DNA of 64,000 nt, from assembly GCA_946534785.1 (NCBI GenBank), contig CAMNCY010000001.1, positions 9,456-73,455 of the forward strand, given 5' to 3'. This stretch comes from an uncultured Lachnospiraceae bacterium. GTDB lineage: Bacteria; Bacillota; Clostridia; Lachnospirales; Lachnospiraceae. The translations under genes and the position numbers were made by a program. How positions within the stretch are numbered: the stretch's first letter is position 1; every line of letters begins with the position of its first letter. Positions 42,263 through 52,599 of the stretch are shown piece after piece. The notes beneath the pieces are model-generated. The model saw only the letters and a program-made list of their open reading frames with translations, ran no database searches and had not been told where the DNA came from.

Positions 42263-43786
42263 ATGATGATCAAAGACACATTCCGGTCCGCGTACCGCGA
42301 AAGGCGGCTGTTCCTTTATTTTGCGGCAGTCTCCTTCCTTCTTCTTCTCATATGCACCAGATCCTCGTTCCTGTATCCCTATAATAACTGGGATGATGCG
42401 AACAGTTATTTTTCCATGGGAAAATCCATGTTCCGGGGGACGGTGATCTACCGGGACCTCTTCGACCAGAAGGGCCCCTATCTCTATTTCCTGTACGGAC
42501 TGTGCTCCCTGGTCTCCTATACGGATTTCACCGGCGTCTTCCTGATGGAGGTGATCCTTGGGATCCTGGATCTTGCCTGTATGTACGGGATCCTGCGGCT
42601 TTATCTGAAGAAGGGCACCGCGCTTTCTCTTCTTCCTTTTGTGTTCGGCGTTTCGTTCTCCTCCTTCAGTTTTTACTGGGGCGGGTGCGCCGAAGAGATC
42701 TGCCTTCCTTTCCTGCTCCTGCCGATGTACATCGTGCTGCGGCATGAAAAGAACGCCTCCCGGGCCCCCTATGCATGGGACGAGATCATTGCCGCCGGCC
42801 TTTGCTGCGGTTTTTCCGCCTGCGTCAAATTCACGCTCCTCGGGTATTATTTTGCCTTTATGGTCCTTGTCATGTTCCATTCGAAGGGGATCCTGCGGTT
42901 TCTGAAGTCCTGCGCCGTCTTCCTTATCGCAATGGCGGTTCCGGCCCTTCCCTGGATCGCGTATTTCGGGATCATCGGTGCGCTGGACGACTGGTACAGG
43001 GTATATGTCTATACCAATGTTTTTCTCTACAGCACCTTCGGGGCCAACGACAAGGGAGAATCCCTGTACGACAAGGTCTATAACATGGCCAAGATCCTGT
43101 ACTGGCTGTTCTGGGACAACTTCCAGTATTTCGTCTTTGTTGCCGCGGGCATGGCCTTCATGCTCTTCCGGAAGCATGCGGCCCTTCTGGAGCGCCTGTG
43201 CCTGATCATCCTGTTTGGCTTTACGTTCCTTGGGATCTATATCGGCGGATCCCATCTTCCGTATTATGCTTTTCCCCTTACGGTCTTTGCACCGGCCGGC
43301 TTTATCGCAGCCGGGACGGCGGCGGAGAAGATCCTGAAAAAGGATATGGCCGGGACAGGAAGACTTCTTATTCCGGCGGCCTGCACGGCAGCGGCGCTGG
43401 TGCTGGTCTTTGTCCTTACACCGAACCGGTATTATCTTTCCTACGGGAAGGAGGATGTATTCCTTTCCCGTTTCGCCGGGGATATTAAAAGGGACGGCCT
43501 GGAAGAGCCGACGCTTCTGAATTACAACTGTCTGGACTGCGGGCTATATACGGCGGCGGGGATCGTCCCCACCTGCTACTGGTTCCAGACCCAGACGCTT
43601 CCCATTGAGGACGTTTATATCGCCCAGCACGGATATATGAAGGAAGGCGCAACGGATTACGTGGTCGTGCGGGACGGCTATCCGGAGTTCCTGACGGAGC
43701 GTTACGAAGAGATCGATACCTTTTACCAGGTCATGGGCGAAGCGGAGCATGAATACCACCTGTTCCGGCGAAGGGACGACAGGTGA
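42263..43786 (+). CDS. Polytopic membrane protein, probable GT-C-fold glycosyltransferase
   Basis: First loop DDANSYFSMGK...YRDLFDQKGP, EE motif, many TMs, soluble C-terminal domain. Confidence 0.65.
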   Translation: MMIKDTFRSAYRERRLFLYFAAVSFLLLLICTRSSFLYPYNNWDDANSYFSMGKSMFRGTVIYRDLFDQKGPYLYFLYGLCSLVSYTDFTGVFLMEVILGILDLACMYGILRLYLKKGTALSLLPFVFGVSFSSFSFYWGGCAEEICLPFLLLPMYIVLRHEKNASRAPYAWDEIIAAGLCCGFSACVKFTLLGYYFAFMVLVMFHSKGILRFLKSCAVFLIAMAVPALPWIAYFGIIGALDDWYRVYVYTNVFLYSTFGANDKGESLYDKVYNMAKILYWLFWDNFQYFVFVAAGMAFMLFRKHAALLERLCLIILFGFTFLGIYIGGSHLPYYAFPLTVFAPAGFIAAGTAAEKILKKDMAGTGRLLIPAACTAAALVLVFVLTPNRYYLSYGKEDVFLSRFAGDIKRDGLEEPTLLNYNCLDCGLYTAAGIVPTCYWFQTQTLPIEDVYIAQHGYMKEGATDYVVVRDGYPEFLTERYEEIDTFYQVMGEAEHEYHLFRRRDDR

Positions 43787-43815
43787 TTGCACAACCGGAG
43801 GAACCTGACTAAAAT
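43787..43815 (+). promoter_or_regulatory. sigma-A promoter of divIC
   Basis: TTGCAC-17 nt-TAAAAT. Confidence 0.6.
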
Positions 43816-43884
43816 ATAAGTATATGGAGTATTTCCGGCCGGCAGTCGTGACCGGTTCCGTAAATCAGACAAGAAGGCGGGTAC

Positions 43885-44193
43885 ATGGCAAGAAGATTTG
43901 TCTACAGGAAGAAAAACCAGAACAGATTCAGTATGTTCCTGGCCATATTGGTGCTTGTGGTGCTTTTCGTCGCAGGGGGGATCCGCGGTATTTTCCTGAA
44001 CGGAAAGCTCAAGGAGCTTGATGCCAAAAAGACGGAACTCCAGACCCAGATCGAGAAGGAAAAGCAGCGGGAAAAAGAAATCGAAGAATACGGAAAATAC
44101 ACCCAGACAGATGAATACGTGGAAGAAATGGCCCGGGAAAAACTGGGCCTCGTCCGGGAGGATGAGATCATTTTCCACAATGAAAGCAAGTAG
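43885..44193 (+). CDS. divIC: Septum formation initiator DivIC/FtsB
   Basis: TM plus coiled coil plus EYVEEMAREKLGLV. Confidence 0.88.
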   Translation: MARRFVYRKKNQNRFSMFLAILVLVVLFVAGGIRGIFLNGKLKELDAKKTELQTQIEKEKQREKEIEEYGKYTQTDEYVEEMAREKLGLVREDEIIFHNESK

Positions 44194-44267
44194 TATCATC
44201 TGAAAATAAACCGGATTACAGGACCGGTCCCGGCAGGCAAAAAAGCCCGCCGGGACCGGTCTGCAGG

Positions 44268-45737
44268 TTGAAGGAGGCCTGTTTGAACTCACTCGCCGGC
44301 ATCACAGAAGAATATATGAAGCGCCACAAAATGGCGGAAAGAGGCGGGAAGATCGTCGCCGGTGTATCCGGCGGCGCGGATTCCGTCTGTCTCCTCGTCC
44401 TGCTCCGGGAACTGTCGGACCGGATGGGATTTTCCCTGCGGGCCGTTCATGTGCATCATGGGCTTCGAAAGAATGCGGATGAGGATGAGGTGTATGTCAG
44501 GGATCTTTGCGAAAAGCTCGGTGTACCGCTGGAGGTCTTTCACCTGAATGTCGGAGAATATGCAAAGCACCACGGCATGGGCGTGGAAGAAGCAGGGCAC
44601 ATCCTGCGCCTTGGATGCCTTGAGGAAGCCTGCAGGAACTTCGAAGGAGAAGAGACAGGCACCTGCAGGATCGCCCTTGCGCACCATGTGGAGGACTGTG
44701 CGGAAACGGTCCTGTTCCATCTCTGCCGCGGAAGCCGGCTTTCCGGCGCCCGCGGGATCCTGCCCGTATCCGGCAGGATCATCCGTCCGCTCCTTTCGGC
44801 GGACCGCGCTTCCATTGAAGCATGGCTGAAGGAAAAGAAGATTTCCTGGCGGGAGGATGAGACGAACGAAGATCTTTCCTACAGCAGGAACTTTATCCGG
44901 CACAGGATCCTGCCGGCGCTTTCGGAGAATGTAAATACGGAAACGATCCGGCATATCGCGGCCTTTGCGGAAGAGGCGGAAGAAACGGAACGGTTCCTGG
45001 AGGAAAAGACGAAAGAAGCCCTGACGGAGTGCCTTTGGGAGAACGATGCAGAAAGTCTCCCTTCCGGTGATCCGGATGATAGCAGGGCGGTACTGTCGGT
45101 ACGTTCTCTCATGGCCCTTCCGCTCTTTATGCAAAAGCGGGTGCTGTACCGGTTCCTCATTACAGCGGCCGGGAGAAAGAAGGACATTGCCGCAGTCCAT
45201 GTGGACGCCCTTCTTGCCCTCTGCGGGAATCCGGAGAGCGGAAGAGCGGACCTGCCCGGCGGCCTTACGGCGGTCTGTTCGGCAGGGCGCCTCAGGGTCC
45301 GGAAAAAGAGAGGAGCCGGTGAAGACTTCGGGGGTGCGCCGCCGGCGGATCCCAAGGAGGATCCCGGGAAGGCCTGCCTGCCTGCCTTTCCGCTGTCGGA
45401 GAAAGCCTATGAGGTGCGGACCTTTCCCTTCTCCGGCAACATGGCAGGGGTGCCCCGGGGCGAGTATACGAAATGGTTTGATTATGATAAAATTGGAATG
45501 TTACCTGTATTCAGGACACGCCTTCCGGGGGACAGGATCATCCTGGATGCGGAGGGCCGCAGTAAGAAGATCAGCCGCCTGATGATCGATGAACACATTC
45601 CTTCGGAATACAGGGACAGGATCGTGATGCCGGCAGCAGGAGATGAGATCCTCTGGCTGTTCGGCAGCAGGATGAACGCCCGTTTTTATGTCGGGGAAAC
45701 GACGAAGACGATACTGGAAATCAGGGCGGCGCTTTGA
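44268..45737 (+). CDS. tilS: tRNA(Ile)-lysidine synthase
   Basis: GVSGGADS, HVHHGLR, LAHH..D, IIRPLL, RNFIRH. Start uncertain. Confidence 0.93.
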   Translation: MKEACLNSLAGITEEYMKRHKMAERGGKIVAGVSGGADSVCLLVLLRELSDRMGFSLRAVHVHHGLRKNADEDEVYVRDLCEKLGVPLEVFHLNVGEYAKHHGMGVEEAGHILRLGCLEEACRNFEGEETGTCRIALAHHVEDCAETVLFHLCRGSRLSGARGILPVSGRIIRPLLSADRASIEAWLKEKKISWREDETNEDLSYSRNFIRHRILPALSENVNTETIRHIAAFAEEAEETERFLEEKTKEALTECLWENDAESLPSGDPDDSRAVLSVRSLMALPLFMQKRVLYRFLITAAGRKKDIAAVHVDALLALCGNPESGRADLPGGLTAVCSAGRLRVRKKRGAGEDFGGAPPADPKEDPGKACLPAFPLSEKAYEVRTFPFSGNMAGVPRGEYTKWFDYDKIGMLPVFRTRLPGDRIILDAEGRSKKISRLMIDEHIPSEYRDRIVMPAAGDEILWLFGSRMNARFYVGETTKTILEIRAAL

Positions 45738-45770
45738 GACCGGAGCAGATCCGGAGTGAGGATGGGAAAA

Positions 45771-46298
45771 ATGGCAGAAAAGATTGTGGAGCTGATCGAC
45801 GAGAAGAAGGTGGATGAGAGAATTCATGAACTGGCCGGGATCATTTCCAGGGACTATGAAGGAAAAGAAGTGCGCCTTGTGGGAATTCTCAAGGGTGCGA
45901 CCTTCTTCATGTGTGAACTGGCCAAGAGGATTACAGTGCCGGTCTCGATCGATTTCATGCAGGCTTCCAGTTACGGCGGTGCAACGGAGTCCAGCGGCAC
46001 GGTCAGGATCCGCAAGGACCTGGACGAGTCGATCGAGGGAAAGAATGTCATTATCGTGGAAGACATCGTGGATTCCGGAAGGACGCTTGCATTCCTGGGC
46101 GAATTCTTAAGGAGCAAGGGTGCGGCCAGCATCCGTTACTGCACGCTTCTGGACAAACCCGACCGCAGGGTCGTGCACCTTACGGTGGACTATACGGGCT
46201 TTGTCATTCCGGATAAATTCGTGGTCGGTTACGGAATGGATTATGACGAGAAATACCGCAATCTTCCGTACATCGGCGTAATAGAGTTCGATGATTGA
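45771..46298 (+). CDS. hpt: Hypoxanthine phosphoribosyltransferase
   Basis: ILKGA, IVEDIVDSGRTL, FVVGYGMD..E.YRNLP. Confidence 0.95.
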   Translation: MAEKIVELIDEKKVDERIHELAGIISRDYEGKEVRLVGILKGATFFMCELAKRITVPVSIDFMQASSYGGATESSGTVRIRKDLDESIEGKNVIIVEDIVDSGRTLAFLGEFLRSKGAASIRYCTLLDKPDRRVVHLTVDYTGFVIPDKFVVGYGMDYDEKYRNLPYIGVIEFDD

Positions 46299-46316
46299 TG
46301 ACAGGAGTATAGAATT

Positions 46317-48164
46317 TTGAACAACGAAAAAAGAAGCTTCGGCTCCAGATGGGGAACAGGTCTTCTGCTTCTTCTGATCATGATGTTCATTCTGCAGTTC
46401 GCGAGGACCTCGCTCCAGCAGGCGGAGACACCCTATACCTTTGCCGCCCTGGAACAGGATATGGACGGGAAAAGGGTAAGTGACGTCGAGATCGTCCCGA
46501 ACGCGGAAACACCTACCGGCACGGCGCGCATTACGCTGGGCTCCGGAGAGATCCGTACGCTTTATGCAACGGATATCCGGGAGATCGAACAGCTGGCAAG
46601 ACAGCACGGACTGGATCCCATCGTAAGGGATGTCCCGAAGGAAAGCTGGTTTTTGACTTCCGTGCTTCCGCTCCTCCTGGTAGCAGCCATCTGCATGTTC
46701 TTCTTTTATTTTATGAATATGCAGAGTATGGGCGGATCCGGGAACGCCAGGATGCTGGATTTCGGCAAGAGCCGCGCAAGGCGGGCCACGGACAAGGACA
46801 GAGTCACCTTCGAGGATGTGGCAGGCCTGGATGAGGAAAAGGAAGATCTCCAGGAGATCGTGGATTTCTTAAAGAACCCGGACCGTTATACCTCCGTGGG
46901 CGCGCGCATCCCCAAGGGCGTGCTTCTGGAAGGAGCCCCCGGTACCGGTAAGACGCTCCTGGCCAAGGCGATCGCCGGAGAGGCGCAGGTGCCGTTCTAT
47001 TCCATCTCCGGTTCCGATTTTGTGGAAATGTTTGTCGGCGTCGGCGCATCCCGCGTACGCGACATGTTCGAAGAAGCCAAGAAGGACGCTCCCTGCATCG
47101 TGTTCATCGATGAGATCGACGCGGTGGCAAGAAGAAGGGGGACGGGCCTCGGCGGCGGACACGATGAAAGAGAACAGACGCTCAACCAGCTGCTGGTCGA
47201 AATGGACGGCTTCGGCATCAACGAAGGCATCATCGTCATGGCTGCCACGAACCGGGCGGACATTCTGGATCCCGCCATCCTTCGTCCCGGCCGTTTTGAC
47301 AGAAAGATCACGGTCAGCCGGCCGGATGTCAGGGGAAGGGAAGCGATCCTGAAGGTCCATGCCAGGAACAAGCCGCTTTCCGATGACGTCAATCTGGAAG
47401 AGATCGCCCGTACGACAGCGGGCTTTACCGGCGCGGACCTGGAGAACCTCCTGAACGAAGCGGCGATCCGTTCGGCAAGACAGAACCGGAAATACCTGAA
47501 CCAGGATGACATCAAGGAAGCCTTCATCAAGGTCGGTATCGGTGCGGAGAAGAAGAGCCGCATCATTTCGGAGAAAGAAAAGAGGATCACGGCCTACCAC
47601 GAAAGCGGACACGCGATCCTGTTCCATGAACTGGAGGATGTGGGACCGGTCTATACGGTATCCATCATTCCGACGGGGAACGGAGCAGCCGGCTACACCA
47701 TGCCGCTTCCCGGAAAGGACGAGATGTTCGCCACCAGGGGCCGCATGCTGCATGACATCATGGTCAGCCTCGGCGGCCGCATAGCGGAAGAACTGATCCT
47801 GGACGATATCACCACCGGCGCCTCCTCCGACATCAAGAAGGCCACGGCGCAGGCCCGCCAGATGGTCACCCGCTACGGCATGTCTGCCAATATCGGCACG
47901 ATCAACTACGAACAGGAAGGGGAGGACGTCTTCCTCGGCTATGACCTGGGCCATACATCCAGGACCAGCGAATACATGTCCGGTGAGATCGACAGGGAAG
48001 TCAAGGCAATCATTGACCAGTGCTACAAGGACGCCAAAGAGATCATCATGGCGCATCTGGACGTACTGCATGCCTCCGCAAAGCTTCTGATCGAGAAGGA
48101 AAAAATCACCGGCGAAGAGTTCAATGCGCTGTTTACGGCGGCACCGGCAGGTGAATATGTTTAA
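46317..48164 (+). CDS. ftsH: ATP-dependent zinc metalloprotease FtsH
   Basis: 2 TMs, [17 protein letters not shown] motif LRPGRFD, HESGH. Confidence 0.97.
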   Translation: MNNEKRSFGSRWGTGLLLLLIMMFILQFARTSLQQAETPYTFAALEQDMDGKRVSDVEIVPNAETPTGTARITLGSGEIRTLYATDIREIEQLARQHGLDPIVRDVPKESWFLTSVLPLLLVAAICMFFFYFMNMQSMGGSGNARMLDFGKSRARRATDKDRVTFEDVAGLDEEKEDLQEIVDFLKNPDRYTSVGARIPKGVLLEGAPGTGKTLLAKAIAGEAQVPFYSISGSDFVEMFVGVGASRVRDMFEEAKKDAPCIVFIDEIDAVARRRGTGLGGGHDEREQTLNQLLVEMDGFGINEGIIVMAATNRADILDPAILRPGRFDRKITVSRPDVRGREAILKVHARNKPLSDDVNLEEIARTTAGFTGADLENLLNEAAIRSARQNRKYLNQDDIKEAFIKVGIGAEKKSRIISEKEKRITAYHESGHAILFHELEDVGPVYTVSIIPTGNGAAGYTMPLPGKDEMFATRGRMLHDIMVSLGGRIAEELILDDITTGASSDIKKATAQARQMVTRYGMSANIGTINYEQEGEDVFLGYDLGHTSRTSEYMSGEIDREVKAIIDQCYKDAKEIIMAHLDVLHASAKLLIEKEKITGEEFNALFTAAPAGEYV

Positions 48165-48214
48165 AATGCACAAAATCGAAACGGCCGATTTGTGATGTTT
48201 GTTGATTCTGCGCC

Positions 48215-48243
48215 TAGACCAAAAAAACGGAGGGTGCTAGTAT
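48215..48243 (+). promoter_or_regulatory. Putative sigma-A promoter of intergenic sRNA
   Basis: TAGACC(48215-20)-17 nt-TAGTAT with extended TG at 48235-36; overlapping TATACT at 48241-46. Confidence 0.55.
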
Positions 48244-48249
48244 ACTACT

Positions 48250-48345
48250 TGTAACCCCCCAATACATTATATAAGTTTTTGCTATACCCCATACAGAAGT
48301 TTTACTTCTCGAAAAAGACAGGCCCCCCAAGCACTGTCTTTTTTT
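48250..48345 (+). ncRNA. Candidate C-rich small RNA (~95 nt)
   Basis: Promoter upstream, three CCCC(CC)A motifs, AGAAGT/ACTTCT hairpin, terminator AAAAAGACAG...CTGTCTTTTTTT; no ATG-initiated ORF. Confidence 0.55.
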
Positions 48346-48483
48346 CGTTATACGGGAAATGACTTGTGCCCGGCGGTTTCGGCACAGGCTATTTTCTTTT
48401 TGATTCGGCTGCGGTATAATGCTTTCTAGCGTATTGCTGATAATTTGTCAGGTTATCATTCATTAAGAAAGGTGGTACTTATT

Positions 48484-49422
48484 ATGCCGTTAGTTACATC
48501 AACAGAAATGTTCAAAAAGGCTTATGATGGCGGTTATGCGATCGGCGCGTTCAACATCAACAACATGGAGATCGTGCAGGGAATCACGGATGCTGCAGCA
48601 GCTTTAAAGAGCCCCGTGATCCTTCAGGCTTCTGCCGGCGCCAGAAAGTATGCCAATTCCGTATATCTCGTAAAGCTGGTTGATGCTGCGCTTTCTCTTC
48701 ATCCGGAAGTTCCCATGGTCCTTCATCTTGACCACGGCGCAGATTTCGCAGTCTGCAAGGACTGCGTTGACAACGGCTTTACTTCTGTTATGATCGACTA
48801 TTCCGGCCACAGCTTCGAAGAGAACATCGAAGAGTCCAGAAAGGTCGCAGAGTATGCACACGAGCACGGCGTAGTCGTTGAGGCTGAGCTGGGAACTCTG
48901 TCAGGCGTTGAGGATGACGTCGCTGTTGATGCTGAGAAGGCTCTGTATACAGATCCCGACCAGGTCGAGGAATTCGTCAAGAGGACCGGCGTTGACTCTC
49001 TGGCGATCGCTATCGGCACAAGCCACGGCGCATACAAGTTCAAGCCCGGCACAAAGCCGCAGCTTCGTTTCGACGTTCTTGCAGAAGTCTCCAGAAGACT
49101 TCCCGGCTTCCCGATCGTTCTTCACGGCTCTTCCTCCGTTCCGCAGGAATATGTCAAGATCATCAACGAGAACGGCGGCGCTCTGAAGGATGCCATCGGT
49201 GTTCCGGAAGATCAGCTTCGTGAAGCAGCCCGCGGCGCAGTCTGCAAGATCAACATCGATTCCGATCTTCGTCTTGGCATGACAGCAGGTATCCGCCAGC
49301 ACTTCATGGCTCACCCGGATCATTTCGATCCCCGTCAGTACATTGCCGACGGCCGCAAGAACGTATATGATATCGTTGCTCACAAGATCAAGGACGTTCT
49401 CGGTTCCGACAACAAGATCTGA
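48484..49422 (+). CDS. fba: Class II fructose-1,6-bisphosphate aldolase
   Basis: AIGAFNINN, LHLDHG, EAELG, IGTSHGAYK, VLHGSS, KINIDSDLR. Confidence 0.96.
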   Translation: MPLVTSTEMFKKAYDGGYAIGAFNINNMEIVQGITDAAAALKSPVILQASAGARKYANSVYLVKLVDAALSLHPEVPMVLHLDHGADFAVCKDCVDNGFTSVMIDYSGHSFEENIEESRKVAEYAHEHGVVVEAELGTLSGVEDDVAVDAEKALYTDPDQVEEFVKRTGVDSLAIAIGTSHGAYKFKPGTKPQLRFDVLAEVSRRLPGFPIVLHGSSSVPQEYVKIINENGGALKDAIGVPEDQLREAARGAVCKINIDSDLRLGMTAGIRQHFMAHPDHFDPRQYIADGRKNVYDIVAHKIKDVLGSDNKI

Positions 49423-49455
49423 CCGCCGGATAATATTTCCAGGTAGTTTTGCACA

Positions 49456-49484
49456 GCCGCACCCGAAAGGGTGCGGTCTTTTTG
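49456..49484 (+). terminator. Intrinsic terminator after fba
   Basis: GCCGCACCC-GAAA-GGGTGCGGT followed by CTTTTTG. Confidence 0.85.
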
Positions 49485-49566
49485 TTGAAATCTGCTAATA
49501 ACAGTCCTGTTTTTTTTGCAGTTCCGCTTCTAGGTAATCCGACGCGGATTTCTTATAATTTCATTA

Positions 49567-49580
49567 TGATAACGATTTCA
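49567..49580 (+). promoter_or_regulatory. LacI/cre-like operator
   Basis: TGATAACGATTTCA just downstream of TATAAT (49554-59). Confidence 0.6.
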
Positions 49581-49626
49581 AAACAGTTTCATTTCTGGTT
49601 TGCCCGGCGGGGCGGAAAGGCAGATT

Positions 49627-51510
49627 ATGTTTGAAGACAGGCATTGGGATGCGGAGTTTCGTGAAAGATTCGATCTCCGTTTCGAAGAACTGAAGTGGCT
49701 GTATTACGAGCTGTACAACGAGGACGAGCAGGCGCTGACCTATTTCTGTGACATGCTCTATGAATACTACTCAGACAGAAGACCCGAACTGAAGAAATGG
49801 GACAGGAACAGAATGGAAGATCCGGGCTGGTATTCAGGGAACGGGATCCTGGGGATGCAGATGTATCCGAACTGCTTTGCAGGGACGCTGAAAGGCGTGA
49901 AGAAGCACCTGGACTATGTTTATGAGTGCGGGGTGAACTATATCCACCTCATGCCCCTTCTGGAGAGCCCGGAGGGTGAGAGTGACGGCGGGTACGCGGT
50001 CTCGGATTTCAGAAAAGTACAGCCGCAGCTGGGGACCATGAAGGATCTGTCGGATCTTGCAGATGAATGTCATAAAAGAGGAATGAGTGTCTGCCTTGAC
50101 TTTGTCATGAATCATACCAGCAGGGATCATGAATGGGCGAAGAAGGCAGCTGCAGGAGACAGGGAATATCAGAAAAGGTATTTCTTCTATGATAACTGGG
50201 ATATCCCGAATGAATTCGAGAAGACGGTCCCCCAGGTATTCCCGCAGACGGCTCCCGGTAATTTTTCCTGGTGCGAAGAGGCGGGTAAAGTCGTCATGAC
50301 GACTTTCTATCCCTACCAGTGGGACCTGAATTACCGCAATCCCGTCGTGTTCAACGATATGACTGCCAACATGCTGTTTCTGTGCAACAACGGCGTGGAT
50401 ATCATCCGCCTGGACGCGACACCCTATATCTGGAAGGAACTCGGCACCAACTGCAGGAATCTCCCGCAGGTCCATACGCTGGTGCGGATCATGCGCATGG
50501 CATCAGAGATCGTCTGTCCGTGTACTCTTTTCCTCGGGGAGGTCGTCATGGAGCCCTCCAAGGTGGTTCCCTATTTCGGACCCGTGGAGAAGCCGGAATG
50601 CCATATGCTGTATAACGTCACCACCATGGCCAGCACCTGGCACACGGTCGCGACAAGGGACGTACGCCTGTTGAAGCATCAGCTGGGGACGATCTTTGCC
50701 CTGCCCAAACAGTATACTTTCCTGAATTACCTGCGCTGCCACGACGATATAGGATGGGGACTTGATTATGAATTCCTGAAACAGTTCGGGATCGAAGAGG
50801 CGGAGCATAAGAAATTCCTGAACGATTATCTGAAGGGAGACTGGTACGGAAGCGATTCCAGGGGAGAGCTCTATAATGACGATCCCCGGCTCAGGGATGC
50901 ACGTCTTTGTGGAACGACAGCTTCCCTTTGCGGCATAGAAGCGGCCGAATACGAACAGAATGTGGACAAGCTTGCCAAAGCGATCCGTCTTGACATCATG
51001 CTGCATGCGTTCCTGTTTACCCAGAGCGGCGTACCGGTACTGTACAGCGGCGATGAGATCGGACAGCTCAACGATTACAGCTATCATAAGGATCCCCTGA
51101 AGGCAGAGGATTCCCGCTATCTTCACAGAGGGGATTTTAACTGGGAGGATGCCGAAAAAAGAAAGGATCCCGAAAGTGTGCAGGGACTCCTGTTCAATAT
51201 GATCAGCCGTCTTCGGAAGATCCGCGCAGCTTACGATGTTTTCAGCAGCAATGCCGACACCTGGATCGTGGAAGCCTGGAACGATCATGTGCTTGGGATC
51301 GGAAGATACTACAGGGGAGAAAAGATGCTTGCGCTCTTTAATTTCTCGGAATTCGACCAGACTGCCTGGATCAACGAGGCGGAGGACTACTACGATATGC
51401 TGAGCGGCGCCCGCCGTCCCGCAAAGGCGGTCGGTGTCCCGGGCTACAGTTTTGCATGGCTTCTTACTTCTTTTGAGAAGGAGGGAAACCCTGTTAAAAC
51501 CATTCAGTAA
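49627..51510 (+). CDS. GH13 subfamily 4 amylosucrase/sucrose hydrolase-like enzyme
   Basis: SDGGYAVSD, DFVMNHTS, QVFPQTAPGNF, QWDLNY, RLDATPYIWK (nucleophile), GEVVM (acid/base), RCHDDIGW, RLCGTTASL, DSRYLHR; no signal peptide. Confidence 0.85.
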   Translation: MFEDRHWDAEFRERFDLRFEELKWLYYELYNEDEQALTYFCDMLYEYYSDRRPELKKWDRNRMEDPGWYSGNGILGMQMYPNCFAGTLKGVKKHLDYVYECGVNYIHLMPLLESPEGESDGGYAVSDFRKVQPQLGTMKDLSDLADECHKRGMSVCLDFVMNHTSRDHEWAKKAAAGDREYQKRYFFYDNWDIPNEFEKTVPQVFPQTAPGNFSWCEEAGKVVMTTFYPYQWDLNYRNPVVFNDMTANMLFLCNNGVDIIRLDATPYIWKELGTNCRNLPQVHTLVRIMRMASEIVCPCTLFLGEVVMEPSKVVPYFGPVEKPECHMLYNVTTMASTWHTVATRDVRLLKHQLGTIFALPKQYTFLNYLRCHDDIGWGLDYEFLKQFGIEEAEHKKFLNDYLKGDWYGSDSRGELYNDDPRLRDARLCGTTASLCGIEAAEYEQNVDKLAKAIRLDIMLHAFLFTQSGVPVLYSGDEIGQLNDYSYHKDPLKAEDSRYLHRGDFNWEDAEKRKDPESVQGLLFNMISRLRKIRAAYDVFSSNADTWIVEAWNDHVLGIGRYYRGEKMLALFNFSEFDQTAWINEAEDYYDMLSGARRPAKAVGVPGYSFAWLLTSFEKEGNPVKTIQ

Positions 51511-51567
51511 GCAAATGCCCGAAGGGCCTGCAGGCAGGGCACACCTCATTTACCGGAGAATAACTGT

Positions 51568-52554
51568 ATGACGATAAAGGAAGTGGCTAATCTGGCGGGC
51601 GTATCTACCGCAGCCGTGAGCCGTTATATCAACGGCGGCTCCCTTAGTGAGAACAAAAAAGAAAAGATACGGGCTGTGATCGAAGAGACAGGATACCGGC
51701 CCAATATGACCGCGCAGTCCATGCGGACGGGGCGCGGCGGGCAGATCGGAGTGATCGTTCCGAAGATCAATTCGGATTCCGTTTCCCAGATCGTGGAGGG
51801 CGTTACGGAATATCTTCAGGGAAGGGATCACCTTACGATCCTGGGCAGCACCGAAAGCCAGCGGGATAAGGAGATCCGCTATCTGGACCTGATGCAGAAC
51901 AGCCAGGTGGTCGGGATCATCCTGATGGGAACGGTCATGACACCGATGATGGCTGATGCGATCCGTGCCGGCAGTAAGCCGGTGGTGATCACCGGTCAGA
52001 AGTTTACGGGTTTTCCCTGTGTGTATCACGATGATTATCATGCCATGAAAGACCTGATGCAGCTGATGATCCAAAGGGGCAGGAAGAAGGTGGCCTATCT
52101 GGGCGTAACGGAGGAAGACCTGGCAGCAGGCCTTGCCAGGCGCGAAGGCGCAGCAAAGGCATGGGAAGAAGCAGGGTATCCTGCGGAGAACATGCCCCGG
52201 GCGGTGTCCGCGTTTGAAGCCCGTGACGCATACCTGAAGATGAAGGGGGTGCTGGCGGATCATCCGGATCTGGACGGGGTCCTGTGTGCCACCGATAAGA
52301 TCGCACTGGGCGCCATGCGTGCCGTCAAGGAAGCGGGAAAGTCCGTCCCGAAAGACGTAAGCGTTGCCGGCGTAGGGGACAGCTGGGCAGGAAGCATTTT
52401 TGATCCGCCCCTGACAACGGTGCATCTGTATTACCATGAATGCGGGATTATAGCTGCGGATATGCTGCTGCAGAGGATCGCAGCCGGAGAGGATGCGGGG
52501 CCCATACGGCAGGTACGGCTGGAGTATACGATCATGGACCGGGGATCTGTCTGA
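51568..52554 (+). CDS. LacI-family repressor (ScrR-like)
   Basis: MTIKEVANLAGVSTAAVSRYIN HTH, YRPN, PPLTTV. Confidence 0.9.
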   Translation: MTIKEVANLAGVSTAAVSRYINGGSLSENKKEKIRAVIEETGYRPNMTAQSMRTGRGGQIGVIVPKINSDSVSQIVEGVTEYLQGRDHLTILGSTESQRDKEIRYLDLMQNSQVVGIILMGTVMTPMMADAIRAGSKPVVITGQKFTGFPCVYHDDYHAMKDLMQLMIQRGRKKVAYLGVTEEDLAAGLARREGAAKAWEEAGYPAENMPRAVSAFEARDAYLKMKGVLADHPDLDGVLCATDKIALGAMRAVKEAGKSVPKDVSVAGVGDSWAGSIFDPPLTTVHLYYHECGIIAADMLLQRIAAGEDAGPIRQVRLEYTIMDRGSV

Positions 52555-52599
52555 AAAGAAGTTTCCCGGCGGAAATAAAGAGAAAGGTGAAGGAAAAAG

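Noticed and set aside
43824-44021. 65-aa ORF overlapping the divIC start
   Set aside because: Out-of-frame overlap with divIC, no clear RBS and no recognisable features.
12-47590. Very long antisense ORFs (e.g. 12-1550, 11512-13119, 25518-27020, 28261-30507, 36801-38513, 38498-40174)
   Set aside because: They mirror well-supported sense genes, lack recognisable motifs, and are expected shadow ORFs from GC3-rich codon usage.
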